Source: Eubacteriales bacterium (GTDB lineage Bacteria; Bacillota; Clostridia; Oscillospirales; UMGS1783). Taken from it: a DNA stretch of 64,000 nucleotides. The stretch is from positions 213,233 to 277,232 of the forward strand of contig JAZQIZ010000001.1 of assembly GCA_045541395.1 (NCBI GenBank). The letters run 5' to 3'. Position numbers and translations under genes: made by a program. Under the pieces are notes generated by a model. The model made no database searches. It was not told the origin of the DNA and saw nothing but the letters and a program-made list of their open reading frames with translations. This document shows, in pieces, positions 28,999-41,570 of this stretch; positions within the stretch are counted from its first letter, which is position 1, and each line of letters begins with the position of its first letter.

Positions 28999-29331
28999 TT
29001 ATACTTCATCCTCTTCTTCAGGGGTTTCCTTAGAAGCAATAGCCCATTTCTTAATACGGATCTTAGTTTTGTCTGAACCGGTTTCAAAAATAAGCTCATC
29101 AGTTTCATCCTTAACGTTTATTACTCTGCCGGTGATGCCGCCGATGGTGGTAATAATATCACCAACATCTACACTACTTCTCATTTTAGCAGCTTCTTTT
29201 TCTTTCTTCTTCTGAGGACGAATAGCAAAGAAATAAAGTGCTGCAAATAAGATCAAGGGGAAAAGTAACATAGTCCAGGGGCTCTGGTTTTCAGTACCAC
29301 CTGCTAAAAGTGCAACATTTAAAAAGTTCAT
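28999..29331 (-). CDS. yajC: preprotein translocase subunit YajC
   Basis: Single TM, then RPQKKKEKE and GD.I.T.GGI.G.V. Confidence 0.9.
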   Translation of the reverse strand: MNFLNVALLAGGTENQSPWTMLLFPLILFAALYFFAIRPQKKKEKEAAKMRSSVDVGDIITTIGGITGRVINVKDETDELIFETGSDKTKIRIKKWAIASKETPEEEDEV

Positions 29332-29405
29332 TTTTTTAATACCTCCACAAATTTATTCAATTATAGTACAAAATCAAAATAATATCAATGGTTTTTTGTT
29401 AATTT

Positions 29406-31578
<2,173 letters not shown>

Positions 31579-31585
<7 letters not shown>

Positions 31586-31607
31586 AGAAAAATAAAAATG
31601 TTATTAT
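31579..31607 (+). promoter_or_regulatory. sigma-A type promoter of asd-dapA
   Basis: TTGACA, a 17-nt spacer, then TATTAT. The leader is only ~70 nt, too short for a lysine riboswitch. Confidence 0.5.
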
Positions 31608-31678
31608 GTTGTGCAATAAGATTATATATTAATAGGCAGATTTTTTCAACCTAATTTTGTATTAAAGGAGATAAGACG

Positions 31679-32758
31679 ATGAAAAATTTTAAAGTTGGTA
31701 TTATCGGCGCTACCGGTATGGTTGGTCAGCGATTTATTACTATTATGGCTAATCACCCTTGGTTCACTATTACTACTCTTGCAGCAAGCTCTTCTTCTGC
31801 AGGAAAGAAATATATTGATGCAATCGGTGAACGTTGGGCTATGGATGCTCCCATACCTGAGCAAATAAAAGAAATGGTGGTTATGGATGCTACCAATGAT
31901 GCTAAGGAAATTGCTTCTTCGGTAGACTTTGTTTTTTGCGCTGTTAATATGAAAAAAGATGAAATCAGAAATCTTGAAGAAATGTATGCTAAGCTTGAAT
32001 GCCCCGTTATTTCCAATAACAGTGCACACAGAGGCACAGCAGACGTTCCTATGATCGTTCCTGAAATTAACGATGATCACGCAAGAATCATTGAATCACA
32101 GAGAAAGCGTCTTGGCACAAAGAGAGGCTTCATTGCAGTTAAATCTAATTGCTCTTTACAAAGCTATGTTCCCGCTCTTCATCCCCTTTACGACCTTGGT
32201 CTTGATAAAGTTCTCGCATGTACCTATCAGGCAATTTCCGGCGCAGGCAAAACCTTTAAAACTTGGCCTGAAATGCTTGATAACGTAATCCCTTACATTG
32301 GCGGTGAAGAAGAAAAGTCCGAACAGGAACCTTTAAAGATTTGGGGTAAAATTGAAAATGACGTTATAGTCAATGCAACCGAACCTTCCATTACCGCTCA
32401 GTGTTTAAGAGTGCCTGTTTCTGACGGACATATGGCTGCTGTTTTCTTCAGCCTTAAGAATAAGGTTTCCAAAGAAGAAATCTTAGAACGTTGGAAAAAT
32501 TTCAAAGGTGCTCCTCAGGAACTTGAGCTTCCCAGTGCACCTAAGCAGTTCTTGCACTATTTCGAAGAAGATAATAGACCACAGTCCAGACTTGACAGAA
32601 ATCTTGAAGGCGGTATGGCTGTTAGCGTTGGTAGACTTCGTGAAGATAAACAATACGATTATAAGTTCGTATGCCTCTCGCACAACACCTTAAGAGGCGC
32701 AGCAGGCGGTGCTGTTCTTATGGCAGAGCTTTTAGCAGCAAAAGGATATCTTGATTAA
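31679..32758 (+). CDS. asd: aspartate-semialdehyde dehydrogenase
   Basis: GIIGATGMVGQR and an active-site Cys in KSNCSLQ. 359 aa. Confidence 0.93.
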   Translation: MKNFKVGIIGATGMVGQRFITIMANHPWFTITTLAASSSSAGKKYIDAIGERWAMDAPIPEQIKEMVVMDATNDAKEIASSVDFVFCAVNMKKDEIRNLEEMYAKLECPVISNNSAHRGTADVPMIVPEINDDHARIIESQRKRLGTKRGFIAVKSNCSLQSYVPALHPLYDLGLDKVLACTYQAISGAGKTFKTWPEMLDNVIPYIGGEEEKSEQEPLKIWGKIENDVIVNATEPSITAQCLRVPVSDGHMAAVFFSLKNKVSKEEILERWKNFKGAPQELELPSAPKQFLHYFEEDNRPQSRLDRNLEGGMAVSVGRLREDKQYDYKFVCLSHNTLRGAAGGAVLMAELLAAKGYLD

Positions 32759-32766
32759 GGAGATAT

Positions 32767-33657
32767 ATGAAACCTACCCTGTTTAAAGGTTCAGGGGTCG
32801 CCCTGATCACTCCGTACGATAAGGATAACAGGATCAATTTACAAAAGATAAAAGAGTTAATAGAGTTACATATTAAAGCAGGAACAAAAGCCATTATACT
32901 TTGCGGTACAACGGGTGAGTCTCCTGCTTTAACTTTTAATGAAAAAATTAAAATTTTTGAAGAATCGGTTAAAGTATCATCCGGAAGAGTGCCTATCATT
33001 GCGGGTACAGGCTCAAACAATACTGCTTCTGCGGTTAAATTATCAATAGAGGCACAAAAATGCGGCGTAAACGGGCTTTTGTGCGTTACTCCATATTACA
33101 ACAAAACTTCTCAGAAAGGGCTCTTAGGGCACTTTTTTGAAATTGCTGACAACGTTGATATCCCAATTATCCTTTACAATGTTCCTTCAAGAACAGGAAT
33201 GGATATTAATATTGAAACCTATAAAAAACTTTCGGAACATCAAAATATTATTGCGGTCAAGGAAGCCTGTGGAAATATTGAAAGAATACTGGAAATAAGA
33301 AATTCATGTAATGATGATTTAAGCATATATTCCGGAAATGATGAAATTCTTGTTCCATCTTTATCCGCCGGATGTATAGGCATAATATCTGTTGCCGCAA
33401 ATATCATTCCCGGCACCATAAATTCTATATGTGAAACATATAAGGACGGTAAAGCTAAAATATGCACAGAAGAGCAACTATATTGGTTTGAATTGTTTAA
33501 AAGTATGTTTTGCGAAGTAAACCCTATACCTATAAAGGAAGCAATGAATTATCTTGGGTATAATGTTGGCAATTGCAGAAAACCTTTATGCAATATGGAA
33601 AAAGAAAAATATTTTAAATTAATTGAAACCATCAATAAATACCCTATTCTCAAATAA
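32767..33657 (+). CDS. dapA: 4-hydroxy-tetrahydrodipicolinate synthase
   Basis: GTTGES, YNVPSRTG and the Schiff-base lysine context IIAVKEA. Confidence 0.95.
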   Translation: MKPTLFKGSGVALITPYDKDNRINLQKIKELIELHIKAGTKAIILCGTTGESPALTFNEKIKIFEESVKVSSGRVPIIAGTGSNNTASAVKLSIEAQKCGVNGLLCVTPYYNKTSQKGLLGHFFEIADNVDIPIILYNVPSRTGMDINIETYKKLSEHQNIIAVKEACGNIERILEIRNSCNDDLSIYSGNDEILVPSLSAGCIGIISVAANIIPGTINSICETYKDGKAKICTEEQLYWFELFKSMFCEVNPIPIKEAMNYLGYNVGNCRKPLCNMEKEKYFKLIETINKYPILK

Positions 33658-33660
33658 AAA

Positions 33661-33686
33661 TCGGTGCTTTTTGCACCGATTTTTTT
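33661..33686. terminator. bidirectional terminator between dapA and murE
   Basis: Stem tcggtgc / gcaccga followed by a T-run, with an A-run upstream. Confidence 0.8.
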
Positions 33687-35139
33687 ATGAGCGTTTATTC
33701 AAATAATGCTGTGCAAGGGTAATGTCACCTTCATATTCTACATAGCCATTATTTACTCTTTGATATGTTTCTTCGCCTTTTCCCAGTATTAAAATAACGT
33801 CATTTTCTGTGGCATTAAGAATTGTTTCTTTAATAGCTGTATGTCTGTCCGGAATAGAAACATATTCGCCCCCTTGAGCAATAATATAACCACCTATTTC
33901 TTTATTGATCTCTTCAACGTCATCATAATTGGGATCCTCAGCAGTTAAAACAGTAAAATCACTTAGTTTACCGGATGCTTCTCCCATATCTTTTCTTCTG
34001 ACAAGAGCCTTACTTCCCGGGCAACCGAACAAGCTGATAAGTTTCTTGTTAGGGAATTCCTTTCTTAGACTTCCTATAAGTGCCTCGAAGCTTAACTGAT
34101 TATGCGCATAATCAACTATAACTGTTGTAATTCCGTCGGTAAAAACATTCATTCTGCCGGGAACGCTAACCTGAGAAATACCTTTTTGCATGTTCTCAAG
34201 ACTAACGTAATTTTTGCAAAGACCAATCGCAGCCAAAGCATTGAGAATATTAAAATCACCAAGCATCGGTAGTGTGAAATCGGCTTTCCAATCCTTTGTT
34301 TTTACAGAAAATTCAGTTGTAAGACCTTGCTTCTTAAGGTTATAAGCATAAATATCACAACTTTCGTTAAAACCATAGGTACATATTTTGCAATTATTTT
34401 TCTTTGCTGAATCGATCATCTCGTCACTATGAGGATCATCATAATTGATCACTGCATAATCAACGTATTCGAATATTCTTTTTTTTGCATTAAAATACTC
34501 ATTAAAATCCTTGTGTTCAATTGGGCTGATATGATCAATCCCGATATTAACAAAAGCGGCAGAACCAATTTTTGTGGTTAAAACACGATCGTATTGTAAT
34601 CCCTGAGAAGAAACCTCCATTACGGCAAAATCCTTCTTGGATTGCACCATCTCGTTTAATAACATTTGTATATCAACAGATTCAGGGGTAGTCATAGTAG
34701 ATGGTTCAAATCTGAGACCTGTATCCATACGAACCGAGGTCATTATACCGCAATCATAGGTTGTGTCCAAAATCGATTTGATCATAAATGCAGTAGTAGT
34801 CTTACCTTTTGTGCCGGTAACTCCAATTACATTAATAGTGTTGGAAGGATAACCGTAAAAGCATGAAGCACAATAAGCCATAGCTTTTCTTATATCGGTA
34901 ACAACAATACATGGTATACTTACTTTATAATCCGTTTCAGAAACATATACTGTGGCGCCTTTATCAATAGCCTGCAAAAGATAGTCTTTTTTAAAAGTTG
35001 CACCTTTACAAATAAACAAATAGTCTTTTTTTACTTCTTTGGAGTTATAGGTAATCCCGCTGACGCATATATTTTCACAGCTATGAGAAATTATAAGTTT
35101 TTCATTTTTTAACACGGCTAAAATGTCAAATAAATTCAT
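33685..35139 (-). CDS. murE: UDP-N-acetylmuramoyl-L-alanyl-D-glutamate--diamino acid ligase MurE
   Basis: P-loop GVTGTKGKTTT and the Mur ligase middle and C-terminal domains. The DNPR specificity motif is replaced by EDPN (LTAEDPNYDD). Confidence 0.9.
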   Translation of the reverse strand: MNLFDILAVLKNEKLIISHSCENICVSGITYNSKEVKKDYLFICKGATFKKDYLLQAIDKGATVYVSETDYKVSIPCIVVTDIRKAMAYCASCFYGYPSNTINVIGVTGTKGKTTTAFMIKSILDTTYDCGIMTSVRMDTGLRFEPSTMTTPESVDIQMLLNEMVQSKKDFAVMEVSSQGLQYDRVLTTKIGSAAFVNIGIDHISPIEHKDFNEYFNAKKRIFEYVDYAVINYDDPHSDEMIDSAKKNNCKICTYGFNESCDIYAYNLKKQGLTTEFSVKTKDWKADFTLPMLGDFNILNALAAIGLCKNYVSLENMQKGISQVSVPGRMNVFTDGITTVIVDYAHNQLSFEALIGSLRKEFPNKKLISLFGCPGSKALVRRKDMGEASGKLSDFTVLTAEDPNYDDVEEINKEIGGYIIAQGGEYVSIPDRHTAIKETILNATENDVILILGKGEETYQRVNNGYVEYEGDITLAQHYLNKRS

Positions 35140-35231
35140 AAATAATTACACCTTTGGTTTACGTAATTTTACGTAAATTTTCTCAAAAAAATATAATAAA
35201 ATGCTCTAAACCCATTGAAAATAAAGGATTT

Positions 35232-35258
35232 TCCACAGTTTCAACAGAGTTTTCAACA
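35232..35258 (-). repeat. 27-nt motif, copy A (DnaA-box-like 9-mers), upstream of murE
   Basis: tccacagtttcaacagagttttcaaca is identical to 41465-41491. On the minus strand it reads TGTTGAAAA-CTC-TGTTGAAAC-TGTGGA(AAA). Confidence 0.9.
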
Positions 35259-35275
35259 GGTTTTATGTCAACAAA

Positions 35276-36811
35276 TCAAATACGTGAGTGAAAGTATTTT
35301 TTATCCAATGCACGGTACTGAGCCGCCTCCGCAACATCATCAGCAAGAATGATCGAATTACCTTTAATATCTGCAATTGTTCGGGCAACCTTAAGTATTC
35401 TGGAATAACCGCGCGCAGATAACGAAAGATTATCGAATATCATTTGGAGAAGATTTTTGGCGTCCTCGTCAAGCACACAGAATTCAGCTATCATATCTCC
35501 GGGCATTTGCGCATTACACCGAACCTTAGTACCTGCAAATCTTTTAAGTTGTATTTCCCTTGCAGCATTTACACGTTTTCTTATTTCATAGGAGTGCTCT
35601 GCAGGTTTGCGCATAGTAAGATCATCAAAAGTAACGGCAGGCACCTCAATTTGAATATCAATTCTGTCAAGCAACGGCCCTGAAATCTTAGAAATATATT
35701 TATTGATCTCATTAAAAGTACATTTGCATTTTTTGGACGGATGACCGAAAAAACCGCATTTACAGGGATTCATAGCGCAAACAAGCATAATTGAACAAGG
35801 ATATTCAGTACTGCCCGATGCTCTCGAAATCCTTACTGCGCCATCTTCAAGTGGCTGCCTTAAAACTTCCAATACCATTTTATTATATTCCGGAAGCTCG
35901 TCCAGAAATAATACACCGTTGTGTGCCAGAGATAGTTCTCCTGGCTTGGGAATATTTCCGCCGCCTGCCATTCCCGCATAAGAAATAGTATGATGCGGAG
36001 ATCTGAAAGGCCTTGCAGAAACAAATGCATTATCATTAGAAAGCAAACCCATTATAGAATGAATTTTAGTTGTTTCCAATGCTTCATCAAAAGACATATC
36101 GGGCAAAATTGAAGGAAGTCTTTTGGCTAGCATACTCTTACCTGTGCCCGGAGGGCCGATAAGCAAAACGTTATGGCCACCTGAAGCTGCAGTTTCAATT
36201 GCCTTTTTTGGCAATTGTTGACCCGCAACATCAGCATAATCAAGCATAGAATCATAGTAGCTTTCAGGAGTGTAAAGTGAAACTACCTGTTTATGAACAG
36301 GCGCTACTCCAAGTAAATGCCCCACTGCTTGGGTAGCATCATCAAGGGCAAGGATATCTATACCGTCAACAATAGATGCTTCTGCAGCATTCTTTCTTGA
36401 TAAAAATACCTGCTCTATACCCTGTTTTTTTAGCTCGATAACCATTGGCAGTATGCCATTAACAGGACGAACCTCGCCTGTCAAGGATAACTCACCAATA
36501 AATGCAGACTTCGTAACGTCACAGGAAATCTGTCCTGTAGAAATCAAATATCCTATGTAAATAGGCAAATCGTAAGAAGAACCTTCTTTACGCCTTTCAG
36601 CAGGAGCTAGATTAACTATGGTATTTCCGGGTTTTATTGCAAAGCCGCTGTTTTTTACAGCAGATTTAACACGTTCCTTTGATTCTTTAACTGAAGCATC
36701 AGGCAAACCGACAATATCAAAAGTTGGCATCCCCGAAGAAAAATCCACCTCTACAGTAACCAAAAAACCGTTAATAGTATCAACGCCCGCCGAATATATA
36801 CGTGATACCAT
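35276..36811 (-). CDS. comM: YifB/ComM family Mg-chelatase-like AAA+ ATPase
   Basis: Walker A GPPGTGKSM, Walker B VLFLDEL and a C-terminal Mg-chelatase domain. The start is set at ATG 36811, behind AGAGGTGA. Confidence 0.92.
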   Translation of the reverse strand: MVSRIYSAGVDTINGFLVTVEVDFSSGMPTFDIVGLPDASVKESKERVKSAVKNSGFAIKPGNTIVNLAPAERRKEGSSYDLPIYIGYLISTGQISCDVTKSAFIGELSLTGEVRPVNGILPMVIELKKQGIEQVFLSRKNAAEASIVDGIDILALDDATQAVGHLLGVAPVHKQVVSLYTPESYYDSMLDYADVAGQQLPKKAIETAASGGHNVLLIGPPGTGKSMLAKRLPSILPDMSFDEALETTKIHSIMGLLSNDNAFVSARPFRSPHHTISYAGMAGGGNIPKPGELSLAHNGVLFLDELPEYNKMVLEVLRQPLEDGAVRISRASGSTEYPCSIMLVCAMNPCKCGFFGHPSKKCKCTFNEINKYISKISGPLLDRIDIQIEVPAVTFDDLTMRKPAEHSYEIRKRVNAAREIQLKRFAGTKVRCNAQMPGDMIAEFCVLDEDAKNLLQMIFDNLSLSARGYSRILKVARTIADIKGNSIILADDVAEAAQYRALDKKYFHSRI

Positions 36812-36821
36812 TTTATCACCT

Positions 36822-38375
36822 CTAATCAAATAATGATTCTAAATTAAAAATTCTGTCTGCTACTTCTTCACAGAATTCTTTACTGTGAGAAACAAAAATA
36901 ACGCTGCCCTCAAATTCTTTAATTGCAATTTTAAGCTGTGCAACTGCATTAACGTCAAGGTGATTTGTAGGCTCATCAAGCACCAGTAAATTATAATCCG
37001 AAAGAATAAGTTTGCATATTTTTACCTTCGATTGTTCTCCTCCGCTCAAGGTTTTCAATGGCTGCATGGCAAGCTCACCCCTCAAGCCACATCTGGCAAG
37101 ATGAGATCGTATCTCCTTATCGTTATATCGGGGATAAAAATTTTTAAGTTCCTGTAAGGGTGTTAAGTTATCATTATCCCAATTATTTTCCTGCTCATAA
37201 TAACCGATCTTGAGCTTATCCGTGTATTTATAAGTGCCGCCGAACGCAGGAATGATTCCGCATATGGTTTTCAGAAAAGTTGATTTACCGATACCGTTAA
37301 AACCTGTAACTGCAAGTTTTTCACCGAGACGCATAACTAAATTAATGTCAGGCACAAGTTGCTCAGAATAACCAACCTGAAGATCGTTTACCCATAAAAC
37401 CGTCTTACCTACAGGAGGAGTATAATTAAATGTAAATGTAGGTTTAACTACCTCAGTAGGCCTATCAAGAACGTTCATTTTCTCCAGCTTTTTTCTTCTG
37501 CTCTTAGCCATTGCGGAAGTGGAAGCTCTTACAATATTTTTATTGATATAATCTTCAAGCTGATGTATTTCTTTTTGCTGTGCATTGTATTTTTTTATAT
37601 AGTCAATATGTTTTGCGGCCTTCATGTTTTCAAAATTCACAAAGTCGCCGTTATATCTGGTTATATCACCCATATCTATATCGCAGATACAATTTACTAT
37701 CTTATTAAGAAATTCGTAGTCATGACTAACAAGTATAAAGGATCCCTTGAAATTAATAAGATATTTTGTTAGATAGTCAATATGTTCCTTATCAAGAAAG
37801 TTTGTAGGCTCGTCCAAAATCAGAACGTCAGGTTGCTCCAAAAGCATTTTTGCAAGCATAACTTTAACTCTTTGTCCACCGCTTAAAGTATTCATATATC
37901 TATTCATACCAATTGCAATAAGACCTAATCCGGAAGCAACCTTATCTATAGTGCTGTTCATAGCATAATAGTTTTTACTCTCCAGTTCCTCCATTAATGC
38001 ACCCGAAATAGTGTATAGTTTTATCATTTCGTCTTCATTGGTACAGGTAGCCAGTTTATCATTGATTTCATTAAGCCTTTTTTCAGTTGCAATCAAATCA
38101 GAAAAAGCATTGGAAAGGAAATCGAAGATCGTAACGTTCTCCTTAACGGCAAGTTGCTGATCCAAATAAGATATTTTTGTTTTAGGATGCCATTTAATTT
38201 GGCCGTGATCAGGAATAACGTTGCCTGTAAGCATATTGATAAATGTGGACTTACCTGCGCCGTTAAGCCCTGTGAGCCCTAATTTATCGCCATTAAATAA
38301 CTGCATTGATGCGTTATTAAAAAGCTTTTTATCCCCAAGTATCAACGTTAAATTGTTCACTTCTAATAATGCCAT
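36822..38375 (-). CDS. ABC-F family ATPase (two tandem NBDs, no TM domain)
   Basis: Two Walker A motifs (GLNGAGKST, GFNGIGKST), two LSGG signatures and a basic inter-domain linker. The subfamily (housekeeping or resistance) is not resolvable by eye. Confidence 0.88.
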   Translation of the reverse strand: MALLEVNNLTLILGDKKLFNNASMQLFNGDKLGLTGLNGAGKSTFINMLTGNVIPDHGQIKWHPKTKISYLDQQLAVKENVTIFDFLSNAFSDLIATEKRLNEINDKLATCTNEDEMIKLYTISGALMEELESKNYYAMNSTIDKVASGLGLIAIGMNRYMNTLSGGQRVKVMLAKMLLEQPDVLILDEPTNFLDKEHIDYLTKYLINFKGSFILVSHDYEFLNKIVNCICDIDMGDITRYNGDFVNFENMKAAKHIDYIKKYNAQQKEIHQLEDYINKNIVRASTSAMAKSRRKKLEKMNVLDRPTEVVKPTFTFNYTPPVGKTVLWVNDLQVGYSEQLVPDINLVMRLGEKLAVTGFNGIGKSTFLKTICGIIPAFGGTYKYTDKLKIGYYEQENNWDNDNLTPLQELKNFYPRYNDKEIRSHLARCGLRGELAMQPLKTLSGGEQSKVKICKLILSDYNLLVLDEPTNHLDVNAVAQLKIAIKEFEGSVIFVSHSKEFCEEVADRIFNLESLFD

Positions 38376-38381
38376 TTTAAT

Positions 38382-39524
38382 TTACCTTAATCTTAATTTA
38401 TCAATTTCATATATAATTGAATTGGAAATGCGAAAACCCTTTTCTGTAAGAGAAAGAATACCGTTATTAAGCATAACATAATTTAGTTTCACAAGCTGAT
38501 TACAAAGTTTTTCTATCTCATTTATGTTATATAATTTTTTAAAGCGTGAAAGCTCTATTCCTTTTTTCAAACGTAATCCTGTAATAAGCTCTTCGTATAT
38601 ACTTTCAGTATCGTTAATATTTTCATAAATATCTGTTATGGCCAGACCGTTAATATAATCCTCTACACTGCCTGTAACCTTGCTTCTTTGTGAATCAATA
38701 TAGGAATGAGAAGACGGCCCAATACCTAAATACTCTTTATGTTCCCAATATTTTAAATTATGCCTGCATTCAAACCCCGGCAAGGAATAGTTTGAAATTT
38801 CATAGTGCTCAAAGCCTGCTCTCTTTGCATTTTCACATAATACCGAATACATTAATTCTTCCGTATCTTCATTTGGAAAACATAATTTGTCTTTGTTTTT
38901 ATAAAGAGGAGTGTTTTCCTCCAATGTTAAGGAATATGCAGATAGATGCTTAGGCTTTAAACCAAAAGCTTCTGTAAGTGTTTTATTCCATATTTCAAGT
39001 GCATCCTGTTTTTCATCCAGTACAGGCAGACCGAACATAAGATCTATATTATAGTTCGTTATCCCGTTAATAAGCAGATTATTAACCGCATCATAAACGT
39101 CCTTAACAGAATGGATCCTACCGATTATTCTAAGCTGTTCTTCATTAAAGGTCTGGGCGCCCATACTGACCCGGTTAACCCCGGAAAGAGCTAAGGATCT
39201 TGCTGTTTCTATTGAAAGTGATTCAGGGTTTGCCTCAACCGTAATCTCACTGTCAGGCAAAAAGTTAAATCTATTTAACGTATTACCAATAATTTCTCCC
39301 AAGCGAACTCCCAGTACAGTAGGAGTTCCTCCACCAACAAATAGAGTATCGAATTCTTTATCTTTATACTTTTCACCGTAAAAATTTATATCAGCCATTA
39401 ATGTATTAATAAATTCAGTTTTAACACTCTCGGATCCGCATAAAGAATAAAAATCGCAGTAATTACATTTTGATTTGCAAAAAGGAATGTGAATATATAA
39501 GCCGCATCTGCTCATATTATACAT
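38382..39524 (-). CDS. hemW: radical SAM heme chaperone HemW
   Basis: The CxxxCxxC motif sits in [16 protein letters not shown]. It lies downstream of lepA, the conserved lepA-hemW arrangement. Confidence 0.9.
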   Translation of the reverse strand: MYNMSRCGLYIHIPFCKSKCNYCDFYSLCGSESVKTEFINTLMADINFYGEKYKDKEFDTLFVGGGTPTVLGVRLGEIIGNTLNRFNFLPDSEITVEANPESLSIETARSLALSGVNRVSMGAQTFNEEQLRIIGRIHSVKDVYDAVNNLLINGITNYNIDLMFGLPVLDEKQDALEIWNKTLTEAFGLKPKHLSAYSLTLEENTPLYKNKDKLCFPNEDTEELMYSVLCENAKRAGFEHYEISNYSLPGFECRHNLKYWEHKEYLGIGPSSHSYIDSQRSKVTGSVEDYINGLAITDIYENINDTESIYEELITGLRLKKGIELSRFKKLYNINEIEKLCNQLVKLNYVMLNNGILSLTEKGFRISNSIIYEIDKLRLR

Positions 39525-41322
39525 CCAGCTTAAGAACGCTCATAAATGCTTCCATCGGAACCTCTATAGAGCCAAACTGACGCATTCTCTTTTTACCTTC
39601 CTTCTGTTTTTCAAGAAGCTTCTTTTTACGTGTAATATCGCCGCCATAACATTTAGCAAGAACGTCCTTACGCATAGCCTTAACGGTTTCTCTTGCTATT
39701 ACTTTACCGCCTATGGCTGCCTGAATAGGCACTTCAAATAACTGTCTTGGAATAGTTTCCTTAAGATTTTCAGCCATTTTTCTAGCTTTGGGGTATGCTC
39801 TTTCTGAATGTAGTATAAAAGAAAGCGCATCAATAAGCTCACCGTTAAGTAATATATCAAGCTTAACAAGATCACTCTTCTTATAGCCTTTGAATTCATA
39901 GTCAAGAGAAGCGTAACCTCTGGTACGGGATTTCAGACTATCAAAAAAGTCGTAAATAATTTCATTAAGAGGCATTTCATAATGAATGTTGGTTCTGTCT
40001 CCGTCAATATAAGACATATCAAGAAAAGTGCCTCTGCGTTCCTGGCATAATTCCATAACTGCTCCTACGTAATCGGAAGGAGTAAAGATATGCGCATCAA
40101 CTACCGGCTCCTCAGTATAATCAATTACAGATGGAGATGGATAGTTTGTAGGGTTATCAATATAAATAATTTCTCCGTCGGTCTTAGCTATTTTATAAAT
40201 AACGGAGGGTGCAGTTGTAATAAGATCTAAATTATATTCTCTCTCAAGACGCTCTTGGATTATCTCCATATGCAACAGACCTAAAAAACCGCACCTAAAA
40301 CCAAAACCTAAGGCTGCGGAAGTTTCCGGCTCAAAGGTCAGAGATGCATCGTTAAGCTGTAATTTTTCCATAGCATCGCGCAGATCGGAATAACGCGAGC
40401 CGTCGGCGGGATATATGCCGCAGTAAACCATAGGGTTAACCTTCTTGTAACCGGGCAAAGGCTCATTTGCAGGAGCCTGAGCTAAGGTCACAGTATCACC
40501 TACCCGTGTATCCCTTACGTTCTTGATGCTGGCTGTAATATATCCAACTTCCCCTGCTTGTAATTCATCGCACTTTTCAAGACCGAAAGGACGCAAATAT
40601 CCTATTTCAACAATATCAAATTCGGCGCCGGTCGCCATCATCCTAATTCTGTCGCCTGAGCGTAAAGTACCTTCTTTAATTCTAACGTATACTATAACGC
40701 CTCTGTATGCATCGTAATAAGAGTCAAAAATAAGAGCCTGTAAAGGAGCATTTTTATCCCCTGTAGGCGCAGGAACAGTTTTAACGATCTTTTCAAGTAC
40801 GTCCTTTATATTAAGTCCAAGCTTTGCGGATATCTGGGGCGCATCCTCTGCTGGAATACCAATAACATCCTCAATTTCGCGAATTACTCTTTGGCAGTCT
40901 GCCGAAGGAAGGTCGATTTTATTTATAACCGGAACTATTTCAAGATCATGATCAACAGCAAGATACGTGTTACCCAACGTTTGTGCTTCTATACCCTGCG
41001 ACGCATCAACTATCAAAACAGCGCCTTCACAGGCAGCAAGAGATCTGGATACTTCATAGTTAAAGTCAACGTGACCGGGAGTATCAATAAGATTAAGGGT
41101 GTATTCCTCTCCGTCTTCTGCTATATAACTAAGCTTAACGGCCCTGGCTTTTATTGTTATACCACGCTCTTTTTCAAGTTCCATATTATCAAGCAGCTGG
41201 TCTGTTTTCTCTCGCTCAGATATTGTACCGGTATGTTCCAATAAACGATCAGCTAAAGTAGACTTACCGTGATCTATATGAGCAATTATTGAGAAATTCC
41301 GAATATTTTTTTCATTTACCAT
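39517..41322 (-). CDS. lepA: translation elongation factor 4
   Basis: [32 protein letters not shown] and the LepA-specific C-terminal domain. Confidence 0.97.
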   Translation of the reverse strand: MVNEKNIRNFSIIAHIDHGKSTLADRLLEHTGTISEREKTDQLLDNMELEKERGITIKARAVKLSYIAEDGEEYTLNLIDTPGHVDFNYEVSRSLAACEGAVLIVDASQGIEAQTLGNTYLAVDHDLEIVPVINKIDLPSADCQRVIREIEDVIGIPAEDAPQISAKLGLNIKDVLEKIVKTVPAPTGDKNAPLQALIFDSYYDAYRGVIVYVRIKEGTLRSGDRIRMMATGAEFDIVEIGYLRPFGLEKCDELQAGEVGYITASIKNVRDTRVGDTVTLAQAPANEPLPGYKKVNPMVYCGIYPADGSRYSDLRDAMEKLQLNDASLTFEPETSAALGFGFRCGFLGLLHMEIIQERLEREYNLDLITTAPSVIYKIAKTDGEIIYIDNPTNYPSPSVIDYTEEPVVDAHIFTPSDYVGAVMELCQERRGTFLDMSYIDGDRTNIHYEMPLNEIIYDFFDSLKSRTRGYASLDYEFKGYKKSDLVKLDILLNGELIDALSFILHSERAYPKARKMAENLKETIPRQLFEVPIQAAIGGKVIARETVKAMRKDVLAKCYGGDITRKKKLLEKQKEGKKRMRQFGSIEVPMEAFMSVLKLDV

Positions 41323-41461
41323 CTGTAATTCAACCTCATAAATAATTAATATACTTAAATTTTTGCATATTTTTTAAAATAAATTTCATGTCATATTTCC
41401 AAGAAAAATAACAAGTATGAGTTAACATAATAAAATTATAATAAATACGGCTTTAATTATG

Positions 41462-41570
41462 TAATCCACAGTTTCAACAGAGTTTTCAACAACTATAATG
41501 CAAAATTACCCCGTAAAACAAGGGATTAACTAAATTTGCCTGTGGAAAAAACTGTTCAAAATGTTGATAA
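41462..41570. promoter_or_regulatory. cluster of six DnaA-box-like 9-mers, including 27-nt motif copy B at 41465-41491
   Basis: In minus orientation: TAATCCACA, GTTTCAACA and TTTTCAACA at 41462-41491. In plus orientation: TGTGGAAAA 41541-41549, TGTTCAAAA 41553-41561 and TGTTGATAA 41562-41570. The consensus is TTATCCACA / TGTGGATAA. Confidence 0.45.

Noticed and set aside
31586-31678. Possible lysine riboswitch upstream of asd-dapA.
   Set aside because: After the predicted -10 the leader is only about 70 nt, far shorter than an L-box. I could not see the conserved helices.
31646-32080. 144-aa minus-strand ORF overlapping the asd start region.
   Set aside because: It is antisense to the well-supported asd gene and would run through the asd promoter and RBS. 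It has no family resemblance.
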